Source of the DNA: Candidatus Saccharibacteria bacterium CPR2
GTDB taxonomy: Bacteria > Patescibacteriota > Saccharimonadia > Saccharimonadales > QWHN01
DNA length: 64,000 nt
Direction: 5' to 3'
Assembly: GCA_021404905.1 (NCBI GenBank)
Contig: QWHN01000003.1
Span: 23,080-87,079 of the forward strand
Position numbers and translations under genes: made by a program. This document shows, piece by piece, positions 1 to 8,005 of this stretch; position 1 is the first letter of the stretch, and each line of letters begins with the position of its first letter. The notes beneath the pieces are model-generated. The model had not been told where the DNA came from. It saw nothing but the letters and a program-made list of their open reading frames with translations, and made no database searches.

Positions 1-360
1 ATAAGCGGAGGAAAAGCACCTTACGCAATAAGTGTAGATTGGGGCGACGGTACCGTAGATCTAATTAGCCGTGAATTTGCCGGAGAATTTGAGATATCCC
101 ATGTTTATAAAGAACCGGGTACTTATAATGTGATAATAAAAATCACCGACGCGAATGGAAAAACCGCTTACTTGCAACTTGTAGCGGTAGCTAACGGTCC
201 GGTCGACACCACAACCACAAAACAATATGAGGACAAAGATCTAACCACGCAAACAAAAATTATCTTATGGCCGATGTATCTGTTAATCCCGTTGATACCA
301 ACAGCCTTTTATCTAGGCAAACGCCACGAACTCCACAGCCTGAAGAACCGCTTCAAATAA
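1..360 (+). CDS. C-terminal part of a surface protein: PKD-like domain plus C-terminal membrane anchor (5' end outside window)
   Basis: Frame 1 is open from base 1. Translation ISGGKAPYAISVDWGDGT...HVYKEPGTYNVIIKITDANGKTA fits the PKD-domain pattern (WxxGDG ... GxYxV). The tail ILWPMYLLIPLIPTAFYLGKRH is a hydrophobic helix followed by basic residues. Confidence 0.6.
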   Translation: MSGGKAPYAISVDWGDGTVDLISREFAGEFEISHVYKEPGTYNVIIKITDANGKTAYLQLVAVANGPVDTTTTKQYEDKDLTTQTKIILWPMYLLIPLIPTAFYLGKRHELHSLKNRFK

Positions 361-425
361 CATCAACCCATTGTTTATATAAGGGTTTGAAAGATTAGCC
401 GTTTACGGAGAATCATCAAAATCAT

Positions 426-481
426 CAAGGACAGACCCTGTAAATAACAGGGGTATTCTATACTCACAGGGTCTGTCCTTG
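426..481. repeat. Inverted pair of the 15-mer CAAGGACAGACCCTG (family C)
   Basis: Forward copy at 426-440 and exact reverse complement at 467-481, 26 nt apart. The same 15-mer recurs at 27333-27347, 27394-27408 and 39846-39860. Confidence 0.9.
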
Positions 482-531
482 TAATGCTCATAAAGCACGA
501 CAAAAACCTTATTAAACCATAATTTGCTATT

Positions 532-596
532 TTGCAGGGAGCCACCCTGCAAATACAGAGGTGGCTCATCTGTTATTGCAGGGTGGCTCCCTGCAA
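532..596. repeat. Compound palindrome built on TTGCAGGG(N5)CCCTGCAA (family D)
   Basis: TTGCAGGGAGCCACCCTGCAA (532-552) and its exact reverse complement TTGCAGGGTGGCTCCCTGCAA (576-596) flank a 23-nt centre. A related copy lies at 62855-62915. Confidence 0.85.
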
Positions 597-640
597 GACG
601 CTACGTTTCATATAAGCAAGGTGTTATACTGTTCCAGATT

Positions 641-1912
641 ATGAACAGGCTACCAAGAAATACTAAAGTTTATGTTGCCATGAGTGGTGGAGTTGATAGC
701 TCCGTGACTGCCGCGCTTCTCAAAGACCAGGGATATGATCTAACGGGTGTTTATATGAAAAACTGGACCAAAGACTTACCTGGTATGCGTTGCCCGTGGA
801 AAGAAGATGTGGCGGACGCAAAGCGTGTTGCAGTTGGGCTTGGCATCCCTTTTGAGATCTTTGATTTTCAAAAAGACTACAAGCAAAAAGTCGTAGACTA
901 TATGATCGATTCGTTTAAAAAAGGACTTACGCCAAACCCGGACATTATGTGCAACCAAGAGATAAAGTTTAAGTTGTTTTTGGAGACTGCGCTGGAGAAT
1001 GGAGCCGATTTAATAGCCACCGGACACTATGCCAGCCTGAAATCACTGGGCGCTTTGACTGCTAGATCGGCGAAGCCGACTACCCCTCAAAGCTCTCTGG
1101 GATCTACGTCGTCTAAACCTCCAGTACTCACTCATCGTATTGACGTGTACGACTCATTGCGTGCTTCGGTTTATCCTAGTAGCTCACCAGAGCCAATAAT
1201 TTCAGATACAGAAGTAGGAATGTTTATGGCTAAAGATGAGGCCAAAGACCAGACATATTTTTTATATCGCGTCTCTCAGGGGGCTTTGAAAAAAACTTTA
1301 ATGCCAATCGGTGATTATGCGAAATCAGAAGTTCGCGAATTGGCGAAAAAATATAAATTACCTACGGCAAACAAAAAGGACTCTGTCGGTATTTGTTTTG
1401 TGGGCGAGGTTGGGATTAAAGATTTTTTGGCGCAATATGTTAAAACTTCATCTGGCCCGATAGTAGACTCAGAAGGTAAGACAATCGGCCAACATGACGG
1501 CGCGATATTTTATACCATCGGTCAGCGCCATGGCTTAAAAGTTGGAGGCGGTTTCCCTTACTATGTTTGCGGCAAAGACATGAAGACGAATACGGTTTAC
1601 GTAACGCGGGACTTGGACGATGAAAGACTGTGGTCGGATGAGATTAAAATTATCCAAACGCATTGGATTAATTTACCGCCAAAGCCAGGTGAAAAATATA
1701 GAGTTCGTGTCAGACATCAGGGTGAATTAATTGACTGTCATGTTTCATCTCTAGCCAAAAATATCGCCACTCTAAAACTGGAAAAAGAAGTTCGGGCATT
1801 AGCCCCCGGCCAGTCCGCGGTGCTTTACTCGAAGTCGTTAGTGTTGGGTGGCGGAATCATAAATCTTTACAGGAAAACTGTTGTTTCAAGGCACCCCATT
1901 CTGCAAAACTAA
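641..1912 (+). CDS. mnmA: tRNA-specific 2-thiouridylase MnmA, with an unusual Ser/Pro/Thr-rich internal insertion
   Basis: PP-loop VYVAMSGGVDSSV, GHYA and KDQTYFLY motifs. ATG 641 is preferred over the track start 524 because 524-640 is the palindromic repeat. Confidence 0.9.
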   Translation: MNRLPRNTKVYVAMSGGVDSSVTAALLKDQGYDLTGVYMKNWTKDLPGMRCPWKEDVADAKRVAVGLGIPFEIFDFQKDYKQKVVDYMIDSFKKGLTPNPDIMCNQEIKFKLFLETALENGADLIATGHYASLKSLGALTARSAKPTTPQSSLGSTSSKPPVLTHRIDVYDSLRASVYPSSSPEPIISDTEVGMFMAKDEAKDQTYFLYRVSQGALKKTLMPIGDYAKSEVRELAKKYKLPTANKKDSVGICFVGEVGIKDFLAQYVKTSSGPIVDSEGKTIGQHDGAIFYTIGQRHGLKVGGGFPYYVCGKDMKTNTVYVTRDLDDERLWSDEIKIIQTHWINLPPKPGEKYRVRVRHQGELIDCHVSSLAKNIATLKLEKEVRALAPGQSAVLYSKSLVLGGGIINLYRKTVVSRHPILQN

Positions 1913-2297
1913 ATATATGTCTACATATATTTTGAAGCTGAACTTCATCTGGAGTAAATTTACAATCTTGTCTGGGTTGGTCGAAACCAAATAAACCATT
2001 TAGCTCTCGACGCATCTCCCTGCCTATTTGTTCTCTTTCTATTTCAGACTCTTTACTCTCAAGATCCAGTGACCCCATCCTTTTGCCAAATTCAAATGCT
2101 CTTTTCATTAAGCTAGGCAAATTTTCTTCTTCTATGCCATGATCTGCAAAATATGGCATGCAAAACCCCGGCTTGCCAACAGCCTCGGCAACCAACCATT
2201 CTATCTCCTGCTCTATATTCGGATTATTATAAGGATCAAAATCCATGCCAGAATCGGCAATTGTTTCAGTCATCTCTTTAATAGTTATATTAGACAT
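1857..2297 (-). CDS. Hypothetical acidic protein
   Basis: ORF with ATG at 2297 (MSNITIKEMTE...). No recognisable motif. Its 3' end overlaps the mnmA 3' end convergently by 56 nt. Confidence 0.5.
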   Translation of the reverse strand: MSNITIKEMTETIADSGMDFDPYNNPNIEQEIEWLVAEAVGKPGFCMPYFADHGIEEENLPSLMKRAFEFGKRMGSLDLESKESEIEREQIGREMRRELNGLFGFDQPRQDCKFTPDEVQLQNICRHIFSFAEWGALKQQFSCKDL

Positions 2298-2374
2298 CGA
2301 GAATAATACTCTCAAATACACCAAAGTCAATAGTTATTGATAATTGGCTGAAATTCGGCTACAATACCTCTGAT

Positions 2375-4273
2375 ATGAACGCTCACGAAATTCGCAGGAT
2401 CTATTTAGATTTTTTTAAGCAAAAAAATCACGCTATTTTACCTCGCACTACATTAGTGCCTCAAAACGACCCCACAACTTTGTTTACTGGTTCTGGGATG
2501 CAACCGATGTTGCCATATTTGCTTGGTGATGATCATCCAGAGGGGAAACGTTTGGCGGATTCTCAGACTTGTTTGCGAGCCGAGGATATTGAAGAAGTTG
2601 GGGATAACCGCCATACGACTTTTTTTGAAATGCTCGGCAACTGGAGTCTGGGAGATTATTTCAAGTCAGATCAACTACCTTGGTTTTTTGAGTTTTTGAC
2701 TGATGTAGTGGGACTTGATCCAAACAAACTTTACGTTTCTTGTTTTGCAGGAGACCAGGCTGCCAACATTTCTAAAGACGAAGAATCCGCGCACCTTTGG
2801 CAAAAACTTTTTGAAGACAAAAATGTGAGTGCCGAAATCATAGAGCTGGGCTCAGGCGAAGATGGCGCTAAAAAAGGTATGCAGGGCGGACGCATTTTTT
2901 ATTACGACGCGTCAAAAAACTGGTGGAGTCGAACCGGCGAGCCATCAAAAATGCCTTCAGGGGAACCGGGCGGGCCAGACAGTGAAGTTTTTTATGAGTT
3001 TAGTGAGATAGAGCACGACACAGCTTATGGTGAAAACTGCCACCCCAACTGCGATTGCGGCAGATATTTGGAAATTGGCAACTCCGTTTTTATGGAATAT
3101 ATCAAGCAAGATGATGGAAAATTGGTACATTTGCCGAAAAAAAACGTGGATTTTGGCGGAGGTTTGGAGCGTATCGCGGCGGCATCTTTAAACACTCCTG
3201 ATGTATTTAAAATCAGTTTGCTTTGGCCGATTGTTCAAAAGCTCGAAGAAGTATCCGGCCAAAAATATGAAGATCACCAGGAAAGCATGAGAGTAATTGC
3301 CGATCATTTACGGGCAGCTACATTTTTAGCGGTTGATGGCGTAATGCCCAGCAATAAGCAACAAGGCTACGTAATGCGTCGGTTAATGCGCCGGGCGATT
3401 CGGTTTTCTCTTGATTTAAATTTTGATTTTAACGTGTGCGAGCAAGTCGTGCCGGTGGTCGCCGATATTTACCACAATGATTTTCCCGAAGTTGCTCAGA
3501 ATCGAGAAATGATAACGGATGTCATGATTAAAGAAGAAAAGGCGTTTAAGCAGACCTTAAGGAAGGGTTTAAAAGTTTTTGAAAAACTTCTGGCCCGGAA
3601 GCACGAAGTACGAGGCACAAAGCACGGCGAAGTTATATTTAAGCTTTATGACACTTACGGATTTCCAGTTGAATTAACAATAGAAGAAGCACAGAAAAAA
3701 AACATCAAATTGGAAGATGAATGGCAAAAAGATTTTGATAATTTGCTCAAAGAACAACGTGAACGTTCACGTACGGCCACAAAAGGTGAATTTAAAGGTG
3801 GACTAGAAGGTTCTAACCCCATGCATAAGAAATATCACACTGCTACCCATCTGTTATACCGTGCTTTGAGGTTAGTCTTGGGCGATCACGTTTACCAACG
3901 AGGCAGTAATATTACTGAGGAAAGATTAAGATTTGATTTTTCCCATTCGGAAAAAATGACGGATGAAGAAATCAAAAAAACCGAAGATATTGTTAATAAA
4001 CAGATTAAAAATGACCTGCCGGTAAGGTGGGTAGAAATGAACACCAAAGAGGCTCAAGATCAAGGCGCGCGCGGACATTTTGGCGAGAAATACGGCGAAA
4101 CCAGCAAGGTTTACATAATGGGTGATGAGAAGAATCCGTTTAGCATGGAGCTATGCGGAGGGCCGCATGTAGATCATACCGGCGAATTATCAGAAGGCGA
4201 TAAAAAATTTAAAATAGTAAAAGAACAATCATCTTCAGCCGGAATTCGCAGAATTAAGGCGGTTTTGGAATAA
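2375..4273 (+). CDS. alaS: Alanine--tRNA ligase, short form lacking the C-terminal C-Ala domain
   Basis: Class-II core (FTGSGMQPM; WSLGDYF). Editing-domain metal motifs HTATHLLYRAL (HxxxH) and CGGPHV (CxxxH). Only 632 aa; the protein ends just after the editing domain. Confidence 0.9.
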   Translation: MNAHEIRRIYLDFFKQKNHAILPRTTLVPQNDPTTLFTGSGMQPMLPYLLGDDHPEGKRLADSQTCLRAEDIEEVGDNRHTTFFEMLGNWSLGDYFKSDQLPWFFEFLTDVVGLDPNKLYVSCFAGDQAANISKDEESAHLWQKLFEDKNVSAEIIELGSGEDGAKKGMQGGRIFYYDASKNWWSRTGEPSKMPSGEPGGPDSEVFYEFSEIEHDTAYGENCHPNCDCGRYLEIGNSVFMEYIKQDDGKLVHLPKKNVDFGGGLERIAAASLNTPDVFKISLLWPIVQKLEEVSGQKYEDHQESMRVIADHLRAATFLAVDGVMPSNKQQGYVMRRLMRRAIRFSLDLNFDFNVCEQVVPVVADIYHNDFPEVAQNREMITDVMIKEEKAFKQTLRKGLKVFEKLLARKHEVRGTKHGEVIFKLYDTYGFPVELTIEEAQKKNIKLEDEWQKDFDNLLKEQRERSRTATKGEFKGGLEGSNPMHKKYHTATHLLYRALRLVLGDHVYQRGSNITEERLRFDFSHSEKMTDEEIKKTEDIVNKQIKNDLPVRWVEMNTKEAQDQGARGHFGEKYGETSKVYIMGDEKNPFSMELCGGPHVDHTGELSEGDKKFKIVKEQSSSAGIRRIKAVLE

Positions 4274-4281
4274 AATCAAAA

Positions 4282-4356
4282 ATTAGGAAGTAGGAATCAG
4301 CAATTAGAAACTAGCGTTTTCAAAAACTAAATCCTAGTTTCCAATTGCTATTTCCC
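4282..4356. repeat. Degenerate copy of the TAGGAA/TAGAAA-word palindromic intergenic repeat (family A)
   Basis: GGAATCAGCAATTAGAAACTAG ... CTAGTTTCCAATTGCTATTTCC forms a roughly 22-bp imperfect hairpin just after the alaS stop. The word content matches the copies at 16811, 41365, 47638 and 62705. Confidence 0.7.
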
Positions 4357-4533
4357 GTCTTTATCCCCTTTTAAACACACCTTTGTGGAAGTAAAACAAA
4401 ACAGATTGAACTGATGACTGTTTGCAGTCCGAGCAGAGCGAGGACAAGTTCCGCAAGTTCAGTATGTTTTGGTGTAACTGGAACAAAGACAGTTGTTTGA
4501 ACTGGGGCGATACTTTTGGTAAAAGTACAAGCG

Positions 4534-4646
4534 ACAACTCTTACGCTTTTTTATGAGCTAAGGTACAATGTTATAGATGATATACGATAAAATAAAGGCC
4601 AAAGTTAAATCCCGTCAATCTGAGAATTCCAGGTATATCGTGTCTC
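4534..4646 (+). repeat. Direct repeat DR-A: orphan copy of the ftsA promoter region and first ~24 codons
   Basis: Hand alignment to 7893-8005 shows 109/113 identical positions. It encodes MIYDKIKAKVKSRQSENSRYIVS, then diverges into a stop. Confidence 0.9.
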
Positions 4647-4770
4647 CGCTCTCATAGGGATAAGCCCTAAGAGTAGCAGTGATCTCCTTTTGCTAGTTGA
4701 ATGGCGATCAAGCATTATAATTCTAAAGTGTCATGCGGATAATTATAGTGGGGTCGGTTGGAGTAAATTG

Positions 4771-6501
4771 ATGTCTAAAAGAATTAACATTTTACTTAAG
4801 AGATATAAAAATAGGCCAGAGAGCCACCCGACAATAATACTAGGGCAATTTGAGAGAGTCGGCTCTACTTATGTATTAGATACATATGAAAAGACAAATA
4901 TCGTTCACAATGAACCGTATAAGCAATTAGTTCCTACGGAATGGCCTATTTCATGTAGATATGATGACCAGCTTTCAACTATTGATGATTTTTTACTAGA
5001 TAAAAAAATCAGTTTGGAACATAAATATTGGTTGTATAATTTTGTATTGTCGCGATACTCCCCAGGCTCACAGGTGCTGAAAGAAACGAGCCTGCATCTT
5101 GCCCTTCCACAATTTCTCGAGTTATTCCCATATCACAAGCTAAAAGTGTTATCTAGGAATCCGCTTGGCATTGTTTCATCTTTTAAACGAAATGATCTTT
5201 ATGAGTTATGGAAATACGATAAAACGCGAGCAAGGCTAGACATACAAATAAAATCCGGAGCTGATAAATATTCAAGATTAACGTGCTTTACCAACAATGG
5301 ATCTCTATGGGATGAAAAACTGATGTGGCTAATTGGCCTAAATTCAATAATTTTATCTTGCAATTTAGCTAATATGGTATATGACACCGAATATTATGAT
5401 GATTTAATCAAACAATCTAACCCGACTAATTTAAAATTTAAAAATAAGGACAAAGAAGATTCTATATTTACCACAAACATTTGCAAAGAATACGATGATT
5501 TTGACAGAAGATTAACAAACACCGAGATTCGGAGGCTTAAATCCACAGCCGAATCCTGCATAGACTATGTCTATAAAAATTTTAATAAGAAAGAACGCCT
5601 CTTATTTGACAGGATATTTGGTTTCTATTTTTTGGGCAATGAAGCCAATTACACTTCCAAACGCACCCAAAATACCATGCATAGCCCGAGGGTTAACACG
5701 AGTACGCCAGGAAATTACAAAATAGTCGAGCGGGACGAGCTATACAACTATGAAGAAAAATATATACGAATGAAGGGAAGTCAGAATGTGCTATGGGCAA
5801 AGGGCTTGGTTACGAACGAAGCGATGTGTCATTTTCTGAATAATCTCCTGAGTGCGGGTTTTAGGTCGTCATTAAACTATTTGTTAGTTCGAGACAATAT
5901 GCCTCCCGAAAGGGGTGGTAGAATAATTTACAACAAAAGTTCCAACAGATTCGTTATGGTAAAAGGTTTCGAAAAACATCCTGTTTATTGGGTGAGTTGG
6001 TTATGCGCGTCAATATTCGCTAAGTATTGTGGCAGAAAATTACCAACTATCCATCAATGGATGAAGGCGTTCTATGCGAATAAGAGCATACTGATCAATA
6101 ATCAAAACAATCACTCGTATCTACATGATGATGTCGTCCCGACAGGAAAAACCTACAAGGGTTTACCTAAAGACTTCTTTGGTAATTTAAAAGTGTGGTG
6201 TAGAGATTGGGATATTAGTGCGGACAAGATAATGTTATCCAAAAATCTGGCTGGGATATCCTGGAAACATTACTATCACGATAAATACAAAATATGTTCC
6301 GAGAAACCATTCTTAACAAACTCAAGAGTGATTGGTATTCGGCTGGTTACTAGTCAGGCTGTCAGCAAAGAAAGAACAATCTATGGGATCGTCGAAGATC
6401 TAAATGATATAAATGACATCATTGCAAAGTCAGATATACGCACACCTAAAGATGCAAGTAGATTAAATGAAGCAGTGTCCGATATTTTAGATGGCTCGTA
6501 A
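4771..6501 (+). CDS. Fusion protein: sulfotransferase-like N-terminal domain plus FGE/SUMF1 (sulfatase-modifying-factor) like C-terminal domain
   Basis: N-terminal part: PAPS-loop-like QFERVGSTYV and RNPLGIVSSFKR. C-terminal part: HPVYWVSWLCASIFAKYCGRKLPTIHQWMKA and GNLKVWCRDW resemble the FGE-sulfatase core (PV..VSW..A..y..W.G.RLPTE.EW; GNV.EW). ATG 4771 is preferred over track start 4690. Confidence 0.55.
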   Translation: MSKRINILLKRYKNRPESHPTIILGQFERVGSTYVLDTYEKTNIVHNEPYKQLVPTEWPISCRYDDQLSTIDDFLLDKKISLEHKYWLYNFVLSRYSPGSQVLKETSLHLALPQFLELFPYHKLKVLSRNPLGIVSSFKRNDLYELWKYDKTRARLDIQIKSGADKYSRLTCFTNNGSLWDEKLMWLIGLNSIILSCNLANMVYDTEYYDDLIKQSNPTNLKFKNKDKEDSIFTTNICKEYDDFDRRLTNTEIRRLKSTAESCIDYVYKNFNKKERLLFDRIFGFYFLGNEANYTSKRTQNTMHSPRVNTSTPGNYKIVERDELYNYEEKYIRMKGSQNVLWAKGLVTNEAMCHFLNNLLSAGFRSSLNYLLVRDNMPPERGGRIIYNKSSNRFVMVKGFEKHPVYWVSWLCASIFAKYCGRKLPTIHQWMKAFYANKSILINNQNNHSYLHDDVVPTGKTYKGLPKDFFGNLKVWCRDWDISADKIMLSKNLAGISWKHYYHDKYKICSEKPFLTNSRVIGIRLVTSQAVSKERTIYGIVEDLNDINDIIAKSDIRTPKDASRLNEAVSDILDGS

Positions 6502-7056
6502 AATCAAGCATTGGTCAATTATATATTTGCAAATTTCCGGTATTTTATCGTTGTTGCCATTGTGTATCCTTACATCAGTTAAGTCTTTTACCTCATCCAG
6601 CTCATTTGCATCGTGGGCGTCAATAGCTAGCAATTGCGCGAGATTATCTACTTTATGCTTAACTAATCTACTTGTATGAGCTGGTGAGCCCCGACTAGTA
6701 CTTCTCGCGAGTCTTTCTTCTTGTGTCGCGATAACGTTGATAACATAAAAATTACGTTTTTTTAGTTCTTTTACGATTGCTGGAGATCTTACGCCATCTA
6801 CAGCCAAAGGATTTGGTAAATTATCTGAGAAAAAGTATAAAAGACCATTCAATGCAATCAATTCTTCTCTGGCATTCCTGTAGTCGGCGGGGGTAAATTC
6901 TGTTTCTGATGGTCGTGTATTAGCCAAGTGATTTAAAATATATTCCCCGGTATTAATACGACAGTATCCGAATTGTTCCTCTAAAGCACGTGCGATAGTG
7001 GATTTACCGGTCAGTATTTGGCCTGTAAGTAACAGATTTGGTTTGTCTGCGATCAT
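6487..7056 (-). CDS. P-loop nucleotide/nucleoside kinase-like protein
   Basis: Walker A TGQILTGKST. VDGVRSP...VINVIATQEERLARS resembles small adenylate/dephospho-CoA-kinase-like ATPases. Confidence 0.5.
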   Translation of the reverse strand: MIADKPNLLLTGQILTGKSTIARALEEQFGYCRINTGEYILNHLANTRPSETEFTPADYRNAREELIALNGLLYFFSDNLPNPLAVDGVRSPAIVKELKKRNFYVINVIATQEERLARSTSRGSPAHTSRLVKHKVDNLAQLLAIDAHDANELDEVKDLTDVRIHNGNNDKIPEICKYIIDQCLILRAI

Positions 7057-7073
7057 TTGTATATACTTAGAGC

Positions 7074-7508
7074 ATGTTTATAAGGGCTACCTGCTTTTGT
7101 ATTAAAGATTGTAAGGTATTGGTTGTCAAACAAAACTTTCCAGACGTAGACAGGGAATGGTCCCTTCCCGGGGGTAAGGTCGAAGAAAGTGAAACACTAT
7201 TTGAGGCGGTTGTGCGTGAGACAAAAGAAGAAACAGGCGTATTGGTTGAACCTAAGAAATTACTATATATAACGGAATCAATTCAAAAAGAAAAACACAT
7301 ACTACATATATTGATAGCATGCGACTATATTGAGGGAACAACTGGTGTAGGGCTGAAGTTAACTAAGAACGAGAGAATACCTATTGTTAAATTTATTTAT
7401 ATAGAAGAGTTGAAAAAGCTGGGTTTTGCCAACAAATTTATCAATTTAATTGAAACGAATTTTCCGGAACCTGTTTATCGCGGTAAAAAGGAAAATATAG
7501 GTTTGTAG
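7074..7508 (+). CDS. NUDIX hydrolase
   Basis: Nudix box GGKVEESETLFEAVVRETKEETGV (GX5EX7REUXEEXGU). Confidence 0.85.
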   Translation: MFIRATCFCIKDCKVLVVKQNFPDVDREWSLPGGKVEESETLFEAVVRETKEETGVLVEPKKLLYITESIQKEKHILHILIACDYIEGTTGVGLKLTKNERIPIVKFIYIEELKKLGFANKFINLIETNFPEPVYRGKKENIGL

Positions 7509-7532
7509 ATACTGTTCGATAATGTTATAAGT

Positions 7533-7772
7533 ATGTTTATTATGGCAGAAAATACAGGCCAGGATCCAACAGGTATTGATGCAATTTTTTCGGATATAGT
7601 TCACCGAGTTCCAGAACTTTTTGATTATGACGCTCGTCCAAGGGAAGTTCCATCTGAGCTTTTTGAACACCCCCCCAGGGGGCACATTGCTTTTAACGGT
7701 GGTTACGAGCAAGGCAAAGAGCTACCTTCGTGTAAAGATAATGGAGAACAAGATCAAGTCATAGAAGAATGA
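7533..7772 (+). CDS. Small acidic hypothetical protein
   Basis: 79-codon ORF, the last gene of the islet. No motif recognised. Confidence 0.35.
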   Translation: MFIMAENTGQDPTGIDAIFSDIVHRVPELFDYDARPREVPSELFEHPPRGHIAFNGGYEQGKELPSCKDNGEQDQVIEE

Positions 7773-7892
7773 TAAAAATATCCAATCAGAAAAACCAAAG
7801 CAACAATCTCTACATAAAGTGCCCGATTCCTTATCAAAAAATACATAAAAACCGCATTACAAAGCATTGTTTTTAAGTACAAAATCACAGTC

Positions 7893-8005
7893 ACAACTCT
7901 TACGCTTTTTTATGAGCTAAGGTACAATGTTATAGATGATATTCGACAAAATAAAGACCAAAGTTAAATCCCGGCAATCTGAGAATTCCAGGTATATCGT
8001 GTCTC
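7893..8005 (+). repeat. Direct repeat DR-B: functional ftsA promoter region and 5' end
   Basis: Partner of 4534-4646. Contains a TACAAT -10-like hexamer and the real ftsA start at 7936. Confidence 0.9.

Larger units (their letters stand above)
4534..8005. mobile_element. Candidate genomic islet bounded by 113-bp direct repeats; no integrase or transposase
   Basis: 4534-4646 and 7893-8005 differ at 4 of 113 positions. Between them are four genes unrelated to the alaS/ftsA backbone. Confidence 0.45.

Noticed and set aside
524-640. N-terminal extension of mnmA in the ORF track (MLFCREPPCKYRGG...)
   Set aside because: It is translated from the TTGCAGGG palindromic repeat. The conserved MnmA sequence starts at ATG 641.
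1857-1912. 56-nt convergent overlap of mnmA and the 1857-2297 ORF as a possible antisense regulatory arrangement
   Set aside because: It is more simply explained by compact gene packing or a mis-called end of the hypothetical ORF. There is no supporting structure or motif.
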